Origin: Phoronis australis
Lineage: Eukaryota; Animalia; Phoronida
NCBI GenBank assembly: GCA_002633005.1
Contig: NMRA01000062.1
Span: 605,981-669,980 of the forward strand
Reading direction: 5' to 3'
Length of the DNA: 64,000 nt
The notes below the pieces were generated by a model. That model made no database searches and was not told the DNA's origin. It worked only from the letters and a program-made list of their open reading frames with translations. A program made the translations under genes and the position numbers. Of this stretch, positions 39,256 to 52,990 are shown piece by piece. The number at the start of each line of letters is the position of its first letter. The first letter of the stretch is position 1.

Positions 39256-41781
39256 ATTCAAGCCCCCCATTTTTGGGCCGGGCGCACGCATGTCACGCAC
39301 CTACTTTCACAACAGAGTCTGATCCACGAGAACTGAATTTGAACCCTAGGTGATATACTGAAGTGCGAGTACATTTTTGGGACACCTGATATTTTAGGAG
39401 CTACTACTTTCACAAAACATGGCTCTCCACAAACATTAAAAGCACATTTAAGGATGTGTGAGTCTTTATAAATTGGTAGCAAGCATCAAGCAGTCCATGC
39501 CTGCATTTAAAAAAACAGCAGTTGGACATTTAAAGCCCATTATGGTAGTAAATCTGGACAAGTAATGGCACATGTTCTTACGGAGTGAATCAACACCTCA
39601 AACTGCAATTCTAAAGTGGATCAATTTGGGAAGTTTGTATTTACTCACAGTTGTAACCTGTGACTACATACCTCATCATCTTCATTCTCCACAATAGTGT
39701 CTTCTCTTGAAATTGCTGGAATGGAATTTAATGTTAATTTAACATGAAGTTAATATGGATTAAATACCACGAGAATTTAATATTAAGTTGTCAAGAGTAA
39801 GAACTGGCTTTGGCCGACTAAGAGTCAGTAACAGCAATTCGGTGAAAAAAATGGGTAACTCAGACGTCTTCTGTGAGTTGGCAACAGGCTGAAGATTTTC
39901 CCTTTATGCAGAACAGGGAAAATTAGATTTGGAACGATGTTTGCTATCTCATGTTTGCTATCTCACTACCATGTTTGCTAACTCACTACCCAAGGTTTAA
40001 CAATTGGTCTAATAGGTTCAAACATTACCAGTAATTCACTTTGAGGACTGCTGACATAATGACCACTACAAGATTTGAATTACACATGTCCTTTCATAAG
40101 TGCACATATGGAAGTCTCTCCAGACTTCTTCAACTAGAAAACATTTCTGAGCAGTAGAGTGTGAATGTGACTAGGTAAGGATTACGTAGGTGACAGAATC
40201 CCAGCTACATACACAGAGTATTAATTTAATTTTGCACTTAACTGCAAAACCGAGGCAAAACCTTCAGGTGTCACAATTTGCACTACAGCAAAACGGGTGT
40301 GCATGCGTGTTGGAAGAGCAGAAGAAATTCAAGCAATCTATGGTCAAGGGGACAACTAGGGAATAAAATAACTTGAGTCTTTTTTCACAGGGCTCACTGA
40401 AGATATAAAGTGACTGCCCTGAATTTGTTCCCACTGGATGGAGAAAATGACTGGTTGTTGATCATCAATATGCCCCCCAAAGCCCTTTCCCAGTCAATGG
40501 GTCACATATCAAGGAGATATAATTTATGCAATTAGTCATACTCTTGAGACTCAGGTGACTAAAACAGGACCATGTAACACATCCCTTAGGTCATGTTTAG
40601 ACAATAACACACTGCAACTGACACCAGGCAACTTACATATACAAGATGATCAGTGTCAAGCAGTTGTTTACCCTACAACACAACTCAGAAATAATAGCAG
40701 GAATGTGGAGAGCTCATGCACAAAGATGCAAATTGCAGAAGTCACAGATAATTACTCGTTGTTGTTGATTGTTTTTAAGGTGCTTCTAATTCCCCCAAGT
40801 GAATTTAATTTGTGACATTGAGCTTTGTTCCAATGACTTTTTTTTGATCAGCTGAACGCTTTCATCAGTAGGCCTACAATACATTACGTACATTTGAACT
40901 GAACCCAGTCTCAACTGTTAACTGTGTGTAATATTATGACAATTCCCTAACAATTAAAATAAATGGTGGTCAATGTCATAAGTTAGATGACAAGGCACTG
41001 GACAGCTGACTAGCAAATTGTAAAAACTGTGCGGAAATGATCACATGTATCGGTATGTGCGTAATTTTGCGATCCCTTTCGCCAAGCACCTGAGTTTTGG
41101 GCTTTAATGACATATAGTCGACACGGAGCAAGATGGTCGTCGTGCAAGAATGCTCTACCTCACCAAGGGGTGACATCTTTTGTTACCCTTGGTGTCAATC
41201 TGCTCCCTGTCAGTCCTGTTTATGCATATACTAGCCCTCAATCATCTAATTCCTGTCAGCTGATCTATGTCAACTTTTGTAGTGTTAGGGACAACAGAGA
41301 CAACTTTTTGACCCCACAGCAAAATCGGAAGTCACTTACAATTACAACTCTGAATTTTTCCCAATTGCAAACGGATTATGCAGAATGGTAACTTGCAGAA
41401 CATCAGACTGAAATGTTGGGAGAAATAACATAAGAGACATTTTTCGACGGCCCATAAAAACAATCGAGCTGAGCTGTCATGCCGGAAATCGAATCAAGTC
41501 CAGGGAAACAGATCTAGGGGCACGCCCAATTTTGGCATGATCAGCGTAACTAAGTCTCGGAGCCTTCATGACTCGGGTGCCAAAGACTCTCCTTACAATA
41601 TTAATTGAGCTCAACAAAATAAAAAAACAACATTTAAAATTGATTTGATGACAGAAGAGCTAACACCTTTGTTGGATGACGCTTCACAAAGTTCAAATGA
41701 AGACGAATGTTTAATAAACTTCTTTTAAGTTTTCAGGAAAAAATGAGAAATGTGAATAAGTCAAAAACTACCAATTTAAAG
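39256..41781. repeat. 2.6-kb direct duplication, copy B
   Basis: Begins immediately after the single N at 39255; lacks the THAP insertion after its terminal TTAA. Confidence 0.95.
39672..39715 (-). CDS. CDK14: CDK14 44-nt exon, copy B (identical to 36040-36083)
   Basis: Same sequence and same splice sites as copy A. Confidence 0.65.
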
Positions 41782-44700
41782 ACACTTCAATTCAACTTAA
41801 AGGCCCTAAACTAACTGCATTTCAGAACCAAAACCAAAGATTCTAACTCAAAACACAATCTTAAACTATTGGTTTCCAAAGATGGCCTGATGGATTGAGA
41901 TGAAATATGTTTCTCAGTAATTTAAGAAAAAAAATAATTCCCAATTATTTTCAAATTTTTCAAAAACCCCTAATATTGTTTCTCAGAAACATTGTCTGAA
42001 GGTAGCTTATAATGGTTTGTAGAGCTTTCAACTTATCTTTTATTAAGAAACGAAAACACAGAACTGATTCCACTTGTCCTCATAGTGTGCCCTAATTTGG
42101 TGACACATACAACAGAGTACCCAAATAAACTCCTGTCCTGTTGTTCCCAGTTCTTTAACAACACCAGTGCAACAATAGAACATGGCTGACAGTTATTGAA
42201 CATGCCAGTCATCTTACAAATTTGACATACACAACAACAAAATTCATTGTGGCAAAAGAACAAATCATCACATAAAATGGATCACAGAGCAAATTTAAAA
42301 AGGCCATTTCTATAGGAAAATCAATAAAAAACTATAATTGCCCTTCAGAGTCCAACCTTGCCAACTTATTTCCTGGTGAGAATTCATCACAAACTGTCAG
42401 TAGATCAACATTGAGGTGCACTTGCAGCAACTCAGTCAATACATTAAACACAATCCCTTCATCCATTGGCTAAATAAAAGGTGTCATTGTCACTACTGTA
42501 CTGTTTTGTGAAAAGGAATAGTCAAGAGCCAGGGACTCCTCCAGTGGCCGTAATGGCCGTCATTGAGATGTTCAGTTTTAAAACTGACCGTTTAGAAATA
42601 AAAAAGATGGCCTGTTGTAAAACAGTATTGGCGAAAATGATGGCTAAACTAAGAATTTTTAATATTTCCTGATTAGTAATTTTCAATGAAACCCACAATT
42701 TATTGTCTTAGATACATAAATATTCTGACATAAAAAAATCAGCAAATGCTGGCAGCCATGTTTCTTGGGGAATTAGCTCCCTCTCCAATGATTGTCAGGG
42801 TGACCTCATTGTTAATCTCACAAATCTGAACCTCCATGTTTCAAATACTACACAAGACTCAGCTACCAGAGTTGCAACTTCTGGAGTCAAGTGCCCAGAT
42901 TAAGTGGGGGCGTTTATTCGAAAAATTTGCTGTTAAAAGCCCACTCCCAGTCAACTTTTTGTCACAAATTCATTTTTAGGGAGCATTTACCTATAAAAGC
43001 GAACAAGGTGTAGGCCAATTATGCATGTATTAACATAAAATTTGAAAACACAGTTTTAAGTAAAAAATGTCGAAGTCAGCAAAACTTTGACTTTCCAATT
43101 TACACGCCCTCCTTTTCCGAATAAGCACACAGGCGTTTACTTGGTGTCTCTAAAATGCCAGCAAATTTTCGTTTTCCAAATACACGTCCATGGGCTTATC
43201 TACAGAAAATCCCCGTAAGAAGAATTTTTGACTTTCGCAAATGTTGGCTGGGTGACAACTGAATAACAGTCCAAGCAAGAAGTACAGACACGTGGAAAGT
43301 TTAACAGGAAAAATCAACAATTGTTACGAGGACGTACCAGATTAGCACAAAAATGAAGGAATTGAACTGGCAGCTTGGAAACCTTGTAAACATACATTCG
43401 CTCACAGTTTGGCAATGTCAAATTGAGTCTGTCACAGAATTACAATAAATGACTTATATGCGTTATGACAGTTTAACAAAACTCCATTTTGTCTGTTCCA
43501 ATATCATAGTTGATCAGGGGATGGTCAGAATTCACAGTGGGTGGTCTAGCTTGTTAACCTGACTAGGTCACCCCCACCACACTCCCCTGTCATTACAACA
43601 GCCATGCAGTGGATCAACCAGCAGCAAGGTCAAAGCCCCGCGATCAAAATTGTCATTCTGGGCTGCATTCCATGGACTCCAACTCGGAAAAATGCAAGAT
43701 CGCATTGGGAAAATGCTAGATCCTGCAAGCCTTCATTAGATATCACCTGGAAATGAAAGCCATGAAGGACACTAGCTGGTTTGGCCCAGTACCTTGCATA
43801 GGACAATGTAAGTCACCCCTGGTAGACCACCACACCAATGTAGAAGTCCATCCACCTGCCACTGTTGTGAATATAGCATTCACCAACACATCAGATATAT
43901 TGTTAGGTAAACTATGGCTAGCACACAGTGTCATTGTAATTTGTTTATTATCACAGTTTGACACACAGCTAAGTGGTGGTCCAACTCTGAATCTGAGGCA
44001 AATCTGAGTCCACTGCCTATTGTGACAGTTTTACACTGAGTTGATCTGGTGTTGGTGTTCAAGGTGACAGTTTCATTAGAAATGAGGTCCATTCAGTACC
44101 TTACATTTTGCCAATAAAAGCACCAAGCATTCACTGCCTTCTCATGAATACTGAAGACCCTTCAGCCTGAAGCAGGGCAATTACCACTTCAGCAATGACT
44201 TCAATGGTGACTCTAACTGAAAATATTATTACATCATATGCTATACATTCAGTAAACCCCAAAACAAAAGAAATGCTTTTTGAATGAGCAAGGCACATAA
44301 ACAGGATATAAACTTGTGGATTCACACCCCAGCTATTGTGTTTATTACCACTTCCTAAACCATTCATATCTGTCAGTCTGTTTACAGACATGGCTCAGTT
44401 GAGATAAATGAAACAGACTTAAAGATAAAAAATCACAGGACCAGGAAGGACAGCCAAGTCCATTTTGCCCAATTCACAGCAGGACTTTTAATACAAAAAA
44501 TAAAAAACGATGCTGAATGTTATACCAACATATACCTTCATCGACTTTCCAACTTAACTGTGATCATTAATATTCAATTTACCCAGATCTAATGCATCTT
44601 GGCGCTTTCTGGGTTATGTATATTCATTATATTCTGAAGATTTCGTAATAAACATAAAAAAAAATAATATTCAAAAAGTTGCTGAATATCTCATGCTCTT

Positions 44701-46498
44701 AAGATCTTGTCGCCTTTCTACCTCATGCTTAACCCTGGATGCTGGATCCCTTCGCGTATTCAAAAGTCTGCCACCAAGATGGGTCTGGACAGGGCCCTAC
44801 AGGGGTCTAAAGCAGTGTTCACACTTAAACTAGCACAAGTAGCCCCAGGAGTAACTTGCGGCGCTAGAGAAAATAATTAAAACTTGAGCATTAGCTACGG
44901 TGAAAGTCCTCGCGGTGAAGACGCAACACTGCTCAGTTGAAATGTAAGTCTCGCGACGAGGATGCACAGATGCTCAGTTGAAATGTAAGTCCAGTATTAG
45001 GTGTTAATTTTTTCTATATTTTTCAACTGGATGTCTAATATTCACCAATTGCAGTACCCAGTGAACAAAAGTTAAGCCTGAATACAACGTCACGCATGGG
45101 TGTGACATTACCCTACCTCTCCGAGCTAGTGCAACTTGCACCTCGTCAACTTGCCCAACTCCAAGTGCCAGAAAAGTGTAGACAACAAACTGGCCATGAC
45201 AGAAATAGTTATTGGCTAAGTGCTTACACAATTCCAGTTTATTCTTGTGATGAATCACTATTTTTCACATAATTTACCTTACCTTAGACCAAATTCTTTT
45301 TTCGCTTTCATTTTTATAACAAATAATTAACACAGTAAAATATTAAACAGAACTTCAGGGAAATGTTACAAGCCCCCCATTTTCATTAATTCCCGTCATT
45401 TTGCAGTAGATGTGGTCCAGTTATTAGAATGATATGAGCTCAGTGATAAGCACCAGACCGGCTTCTGTGAAAACACTTGTGTGACTGCATCTGGACATGC
45501 AGGTGAACCTGCAGCAATTGCTAGTTGACAGCCAATCTGGTAGGCATCAAACTACAATGCTATAAACTCGAGAAAGTCTGTCCCTGAATGTTACAGCATG
45601 TCTTTGTTTAAGTATTTAGCAACTGATCGAGCAATTTTCAAAAGAAAATTTTTCATTGATGTAAATTCTTCTTAATTTTTTATCAACTACCAAAAGCAAA
45701 TTGCCTCAAGGTCTGAGTGGAGTGTCGACATAAACTGCGAAGTAAACTGAACCTTTAGTACCGGCTTCGGTAGTTAACGGACATCGAAATAGTCATAAGG
45801 TAGCACTGATAAATCCATGCATGCTAAGTTTTTGTTTAAAGTGAAAATTTGGGAACATATGCATGAGTTAATTGACAAAAAAACTTATTTCTAATTGGTC
45901 ATTATTCGCTGTTAACTTCGATCCAGAACCGAAGTTAATTGTTTATACTGACCGCATTACTCCCCAAAACATTGATGAGTAGACGTTAGTATGAAAGGGC
46001 CTTAAAAGTCAACCTAAACACAGTTTGAGGATATTTGGCAACTAACTGCAATTCTATAAATAGAATAACCTGTCCATGAATCTCACAACAACACTTATAA
46101 GTTATTTTTTGCAACCGATCAGATGATTTTCAAAAAAAAAATATTTCATTGACGTACATTCTCTTTTAGAATATAGAGGAAAACATAAAGTTGCTAAGAA
46201 ACAAAAATGAAGTGAATAATTTCTTATTGATTTATTTAGCTAGTATAACGAATGTGCTTCGAACATATCTTGCCAATATATACCGTACTCACAGAAAATG
46301 AAAGTTTTGAAGCAGTTTTTTGAAAAAACTGGCCTTTAGACCTTTTAAGGTTAAAATAGGTAAAATCATGAGAAGGACACATTAGCAACAAGCTGGACAT
46401 CAGATTCCATAAGTTAACTCTGTAAGCATTAAACCTGATGCCTGTTCAATGGAGCAAGCACCTACCTTTAACCCAGGTAAAGAAAGAACACCCCTTAC

Positions 46499-46535
46499 CG
46501 CTTGAGACCCGACTGTCGGTACAGAAAGACAGCAT
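46499..46535 (-). CDS. CDK14: Candidate first coding exon of CDK14 (MLSFCTDSRVSS-A)
   Basis: ggaccATG ... AGCG|gtaagg; phase 1 matches the 44-nt exon; sits in a local GC/CpG-richer patch; yields a 472-aa protein. Confidence 0.45.
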
Positions 46536-47366
46536 GGTCCTTACAAAATGGTCCACAAAATTCTTACACGGGAGGGGGTTTCCCTCCTCACGACCTCTCC
46601 CCGCTCAGCGCTTTGTGCCTCATATTCACGCGAATCCTAAACCCTCCCTTAATGAAAACGTAGATTTGTCACTGTCATTGGTATAACATACAAAGTTAAA
46701 CCCCATGAGTGATTGTTTTGGGAGAGACAAAAAACAAAGAAAAATTCCCATTATCATTAATAACACATTATTTCATAAGTCATTGTTTCAAAACCAAAAT
46801 TACAATGTTGAGTCTTACAAACCTAACATATTTGTCATATATACTGTGACAAACTTCCAACACGTAACATGCTTTGATTCGTTGACTTTGTTCAAAATAA
46901 TCGTCACATCAGGTACCGATTCTTGGATATCTAAACAAACAAGCTAATCGTGAGCGAGCGCATACGATGAGGTATACTTGCGAATGCTTGTTCACAAAAT
47001 GCTGTTTACCAAGGGTGCGCCCTCCTTCTTGCATAACCTGGACAGAGATCTGAGATACCAAAGTGAATCACAGCTAGACAAGTGACAAAGTCAGAATCAT
47101 AAATGAGCCTCAGGTCACTAAATTATATTCTTCTTCACTGATAATGAATTGCTCAGTAGCTGAGGAATTAAAAGCACACACCACAACTTTGCACTAAAGC
47201 AAGCAAGAATCAACAGCAGAAGCACTATGATGGAGAGTTGGATAGGTAATATGGAATACTTCTAAGTTCAAAGTATTTAATCAAATGTAATGAGATATAT
47301 TCCTGCCACATGACACTGAGATGACAGCAAAAAGTTTACTACAGAATGTTAAGAGATGTGGCCAAA

Positions 47367-47869
47367 GGCCCTTTCATATTGACTTAACTCCAGTCTCAGC
47401 CGAGCGCCGACATAAACTGCAAACTTAACTAAACCGTTCATGCTGGCTTCGGTAGTTAACGGGAATTAAAGTAAAGGGTAGGTGACGCTGTTGCGATCGA
47501 AGTAATCGCAAGGTTGCACTGTAAGCTAAGGTTCTTTAAAGGTAAAAATTTGGGAACATTTACATGTGCTAATTGACATATAACTTATTTTTAATTTGAT
47601 TGGCAATTATTCGAGAAAAAATATAATAACTATTAGCACTACACTACCTTTTAATTGTTGACGATAACAGTGCCACCTGGCGATAACTTCAGTGGGATCA
47701 AAGTTGAGCATTCATACTGCACCGCATTGTAGACGCTCCGCTGTTTAATCAACCTGTTTACTGCGAAGTTAACTGGCACTGTTAACTTTGATCCATGACC
47801 AAAGTTAACCATTCATGCTGATCGCAACTCCCCAAAACATCGACGCGTCAACATTAGTATGAAAGGCCC
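47367..47869. mobile_element. Harbinger-like MITE family member; other copies at ~45710-46001 (partial) and ~53580-54060
   Basis: TIR GGCCCTTTCATA(T/C)T...AGTATGAAAGG(G)CC; the three intronic copies share the internal sequence. Confidence 0.75.
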
Positions 47870-49023
47870 TTAATATATGGTGTGATATCACGTTATCATA
47901 ACAACGCTCAAAATAAAAGCCAACTAAACATCATGTTACAATGGAAATGGTTACATATGAATAATAGAATCCATTCGAATACAAACTGCCAAAACTGCAA
48001 TTATCCCCCCTCCATTTTTTGTCCTAAATATGCAAACAGTACCAAAACAAAGGCTGTGACCTTAAGATTTTAAGAAAACGTGGCTGTCAACTGACGATTT
48101 TTCAACGCTGGCCAAGTAAATGCACTGGCAAAAGGTCTGAATATAAACGGAAGAGAAAATGATTTAAAAAACATCAAAAAGGACAATTTATTCATAGGTA
48201 GTCTAAACTTGTTGGGCTTTCAGGTTAACAGTATATTTTCATTCAAAAGTTATCATGATAACTATTGGTTGTTAAGTATTGACGCATGATGATTACCAAA
48301 CCAACCCTAAACTAATTTCGGGTAATGGTGGACCAACTAGGTTAAGTACAGAAACTATCGGAGTTTTAAAGAATGAAGATAGTGATTTCACTCTCAATAG
48401 TCTTTCCTAATCCAGTAAATGTGTTTTCTCAACAGTTCGTACCCTCTAATTAGTCTGTACACCTCCCTTGAAACATAATTCTTTCTAATAATTCGTACAA
48501 TAGGTATCCGAAGGAAAAATAGTTCATATTTGCGTTCGAAAAAAATCGTCCATGGTTTTTGGATAGGTAAAATGGCAATTTGAACACAAGTCATTAAGCG
48601 CCAATTCTATTTGAGTAATCGGAATCTGTGGTTTGCTATACTGCACTAGTTATAGAGCTCAAAAAGTCGTTTTTCAGATCACCACTTTTGGTGACAGCAA
48701 ATGTGGAAATGGCGATAAGATTTTCCTGTATGTCGCCAAATGGTGGTAAAAATGTCATAACCGCGGATTTTCACAACAATTTGCCCTCAGATTAGTACTT
48801 CACGAATAAATTGACAAGTGACAGTTTTGAGTTGTGACCCCATTACAATCCCAGAAGCTGTACAAAGCTGTGGCCAGTGTGTACAACCTCCAAAGCTTTT
48901 ACTAGCCTCACAACATCCACATCCATTGACTACTACAAAAAGGGACCTTATTGTCCACTATAATCCTCATCAATCAAAATAGGGTAATCTTATTCACAAA
49001 CTGGTTAAAGCACTGGGGTTCTC

Positions 49024-49454
49024 CAAGGTACCTAAACTACACAGTCAACGGACTCAAAAACACGGCTCACGGACCTGCAAACACCGTCCACTGACTCACA
49101 AACACTGGGAACAGACTCACAAAACACGATCCACGCACCCAAATACACGGGACACGGACTCATATTCACGAGGAAACACGGTTAACGGACCGCCAAACAC
49201 GGGTCACGGACAAAATGAAGATGTCAGCTGACCCACGAAGCCGATGAGTCCGTGACCCGTTTTTGGCGGTCCGTTAACCGTGTTTCCTCGTGAATATGAG
49301 TCCGTGTCCCGTGTATTTGGGTGCGTGGATCGTGTTTTGTGAGTCCGTTCCCGTGTTTGTGAGTCAGTGGACGGTGTTTGCAGGTCCGTGAGTCATGTTC
49401 ATGCGTCCGTGCCCGTGTTTATGAGTCCGTTGACCGTGTAGTTTAGGTACCTTG
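49024..49454. mobile_element. Foldback-type MITE (431 bp) with 5-bp TSD
   Basis: Inverted arms of ~190-205 bp built from ~21-bp acacgg..cacggactca subrepeats, with a 36-bp spacer; termini CAAGGTACC/GGTACCTTG; ttctc duplicated at 49019-49023 and 49455-49459. Confidence 0.9.
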
Positions 49455-49979
49455 TTCTCTCTAGAGGCAAAAATGTAAAGTTAGTAAGTAACTAGGAGTC
49501 CACTATGTCATAACATAGAGTATCTCCGTTATTGACATGAAACGTCAAAATGGAATCATTTCCCATCAACCCCATGTTAATTAACCCACTTAATGCCATG
49601 ATTAACTTATAGTCATATTTCCTGGATACTGTCATTAAAAAATCAGTAAAATTGATTCTCATCCCCTTAGCACTATGGTAGACCTTGGCTTTTCCATCAA
49701 ACAAATTAATTCAATTTGCCTGGAGATCAGAACTCAGGGCTAGGAGTAAAAGTCATTTGTTTCCTATTGAGCTGTCTTCCTCTCAGGCTCCACTTGATCA
49801 GCTTGTGACAATATGGAGCTATGAACACTGCCAAGCCAGAACTGCTTATTATCTTGAACAATTGATTCAAAACCAAGGGTGTGACATAACACAGGTTCCA
49901 ACCCAGTAGCAGTTTTAGCAGTGGAGTGTTCATCTCCCATAATGTTCAATAACAGTATGGTTTAGGGAAGAATCTGACA

Positions 49980-51950
49980 CCTAATTAACAGCCAACATAT
50001 CACAGAGCTGCCCATAGATCATACAAAAACAATCAATACAAAATAAACACAGTAAATATGGCAATAAATAAGCAGAATTACTATGACACCAAAATAACAG
50101 AAATTGTATTATGGGGGATTTAAATTGTCTTACTGAGAATTGCCAACACAGCAGTTGGCCATGGTTAATCAAGAGGATACGCACTCATTAAACCAATGGT
50201 TTCAAAATAGGCCAATACACTAAACAGCAAATACGTAAAAATCTTGTCGATGATGTAGAGTGGAAGACCATTTACTGTTTGGTAAGTTAGTGTTTTTAAA
50301 AATTTTTAAGGGCAGAAGTTGGACTGTAGTTGAGTTCCTTTTCATGGTGTAATGGTGATGAATACTTACATTTGGGAAATGTATAAAAATAGTTTTGGCA
50401 GCACATGGTTAACATATTTATAAACATTTTGATAAGGGCAGACAATAAATATATATTCCATTGAATAAGAACACACATACTACACTGATAACTACCATTC
50501 ACAAGAGTGGTGCTATCTGCACATAGAATGCAGTTGAAAAAATTCATACAATCTGTAACATCACTTACATGTATGATAAACAAAAGAGGACATAAAATAG
50601 AACCTTTAAGACCATTGCCTGCGTTTTGAAAATTATGTCTGATAACCATAAATCGGCACGGAAACGGAAATCGCAAACATTGGGTATATCTCAAGGCACA
50701 GACTGATACACAACTACACAATAATTCAAAATATCAGAACCGTACCTACAGAGCTAAGGTAAACTTGAATGCTTGAGTCAAATGCCTTAGAAAGGTCAAC
50801 AAATAGAACAACTGCTGTATTATTATTATTTACCATTAGCTCTTGACAACTTTACCTAAAATTTCAACTGGGTCCACATCTCAGATTGCCCCTAGCGAAA
50901 ATCATATTGTGAACAACTGAATGAACTGTTTTCTAAAAAGTTATAGTATAACTGAGTCCATATAACGTTTTTTCAAAGCTCTTAGAGATACAAGGTAAAA
51001 CATAAACAGGACGATACCTTTCCACACACTTTGGGTCATTACTTTTAACACAGGGATTACTTAAAATATTTTCAAATTGTTAGGAAAACCTGTTGGAAAA
51101 TGGTTCCATCAATAATTTAAAAAGCTTAGAAATTTTATCGTCTGCACCAATGAGTTTGGGCGAAAACTGACTAATATTTTATATATTTTACCAGCAGCTG
51201 TTGTCTGCAGTTTGAATTCAATTTTAGAACAAGTGTTCAGAATTTAACATGACTTGCAGTATCGGTTTGCACTATACTTGATGTTTGCAAACCTTTGCAA
51301 AACATTTGTTGAAACAATTTGCAATTTCAAAGGGATCTATAAGTTCTTAAATCATTTCCACAAAATTTGATGTTCTTGAAAGATCACATCCCTAATATCC
51401 ATCCATGTGCCTATTTCCAGAAATTCCCTGTAGATTTTGAAACACCAGACATCTTGTACTGGTATCATCAAAGCACCAAGTGTTTTGATATACACCTATC
51501 TGACACATGTTCAACAGCATGGGATATTCTTTTTGACTACCAGTTCAAGACAGCAGCTGGGCTCCTTTGGTTTTGCGTTAATAAACAATGGGGTATTCCA
51601 CTTGTGCAAGATTATCATTTATGTATAAATCACTAACATGTATGTATAAATCTTGCCCTGAATTGAAAGTGGTAAACTTGAAAATAGCAGATCTGGTTAA
51701 AGGCTTTTATGTTTGTTGTATGCAGGTTTCCTAGTCCATGACTGCCACTTGTGGTCCATTTCCCCACTCATTGTTTTGGCCAATGACATTATGAATATGT
51801 CATAAGTGTTTGAATCAGTATTGTCCCAGGACAATTTACTGACGAAAATACCTGATAATGGGAACTTTGGGTTTAATAAAACTGACGAAGACCCATCTTG
51901 GAACATTTGTAATTCCGAGACAATGTGCAGATAATTGCTGCATTATGAGC
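49980..51950 (-). pseudogene. Decayed L2/CR1-group LINE reverse transcriptase
   Basis: Remnants AVVLFVDLSKAFDS (~50775-50816) and GSILCPLLFIIHVSD...ILCADSTTL (from GSILGPLLF..YINDL...FADDT); many stops and frameshifts. Confidence 0.8.
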
Positions 51951-52015
51951 TATCAGTTGAAATACCTACACTTTCTGTTGTTCACTTGTATTGATTAGGT
52001 CACCATTGTCAAAAA

Positions 52016-52541
52016 TCCCCTCCACACCTACCCTAGAAACAACTTGCACTAGCACAACTTACCCCACTTTTAAGTAGAGCGTTCACACACACATATCTGA
52101 TAACTTGGGGTAAGACGGACGTTGTCGCTCAGTGCGTGACAATGAACACCTAATGCGAGTATGGCACGCAAAAGTAAACCCGTCTATGTAACCATAGTTG
52201 ATAATTACTTCCGCCCTAACCCACTTTTGTGGCCACACAGCGCTTAGAAATGGCTAGCTTAGCTACCCTAGAACAAATTACCCCTCCTCGACAATGTGTA
52301 GTAAGTTGTTAGAGGTAGGGTATGTTGCACTAGTTTAAATAACGTCCAGACGGCGCTCAAACATAAACGACAACTTGTTCCAGGAGTAAGTTTTGGGTAA
52401 GTCTGTATGTGGAGGGCACTTAGGTTGCCACAAGTGGGGTAAATTGCACCAGTTTAAATAGTGTCCAGACAACAATCAAACCTAGTGACAAATCGTTCCT
52501 GGAGTAACTCGTTCTGGGGTAAGTCTGTGTGTGGACGGCAT
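52016..52541. mobile_element. MITE family member; inverted copy at ~59778-60176, fragment at ~44815-44930
   Basis: Ends ccctccacac.../...gtgtggacggc and a shared internal block (aacaact.gcact...cacttttaagt..agcgt.c). Confidence 0.6.
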
Positions 52542-52864
52542 TGTTACAAAGGCAGCCGTGGAAATAGCAGCAAGACTAGAGATGTCTGCAAACTGCATAA
52601 TTAGAGGTACAACCAAGGATATCTAAGCTTTACAGAAAACCATATCACACCTGCTGAAATTGAAACCAAGAGTAATTAACCAGTGCAGAATGTGTGCACA
52701 TTCATGTTGCTACATGAATTGCAACATCAACTGGCACCAGTAAGAAACTTTTGGGTGTCCACTGGAGGTCTGGAACTACCACCGGTATATCGGTATATCG
52801 TTTTCACTGACACTTGTCTTGTTCCAGTTCTAATATTTAAAGCGACATATATGTAAATCTTGAA

Positions 52865-52990
52865 CTGGCGTGGAAATATGGATCACAAACATCGCGTCTG
52901 CACAGATAGCAGCAGGTCCTAGGTTCGATTCCGTCCCGGAGATAGAAATATTTATGGACTTATGTTCATTAGGTCACGTGATTTGGCCAA
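52865..52990 (+). mobile_element. Possible tRNA-derived SINE remnant
   Basis: Pol III B-box GGTTCGATTCC at 52922-52932; no complete cloverleaf. Confidence 0.3.

Noticed and set aside
45270-45312. ATG mini-exon MKAKKEFGL with tandem donors on -
   Set aside because: Phase 2, so it is incompatible with the next CDK14 exons (phase 1 or 0); no other support.
52865-52945. tRNA gene
   Set aside because: Only a B-box/T-loop-like motif; acceptor and anticodon stems do not form.
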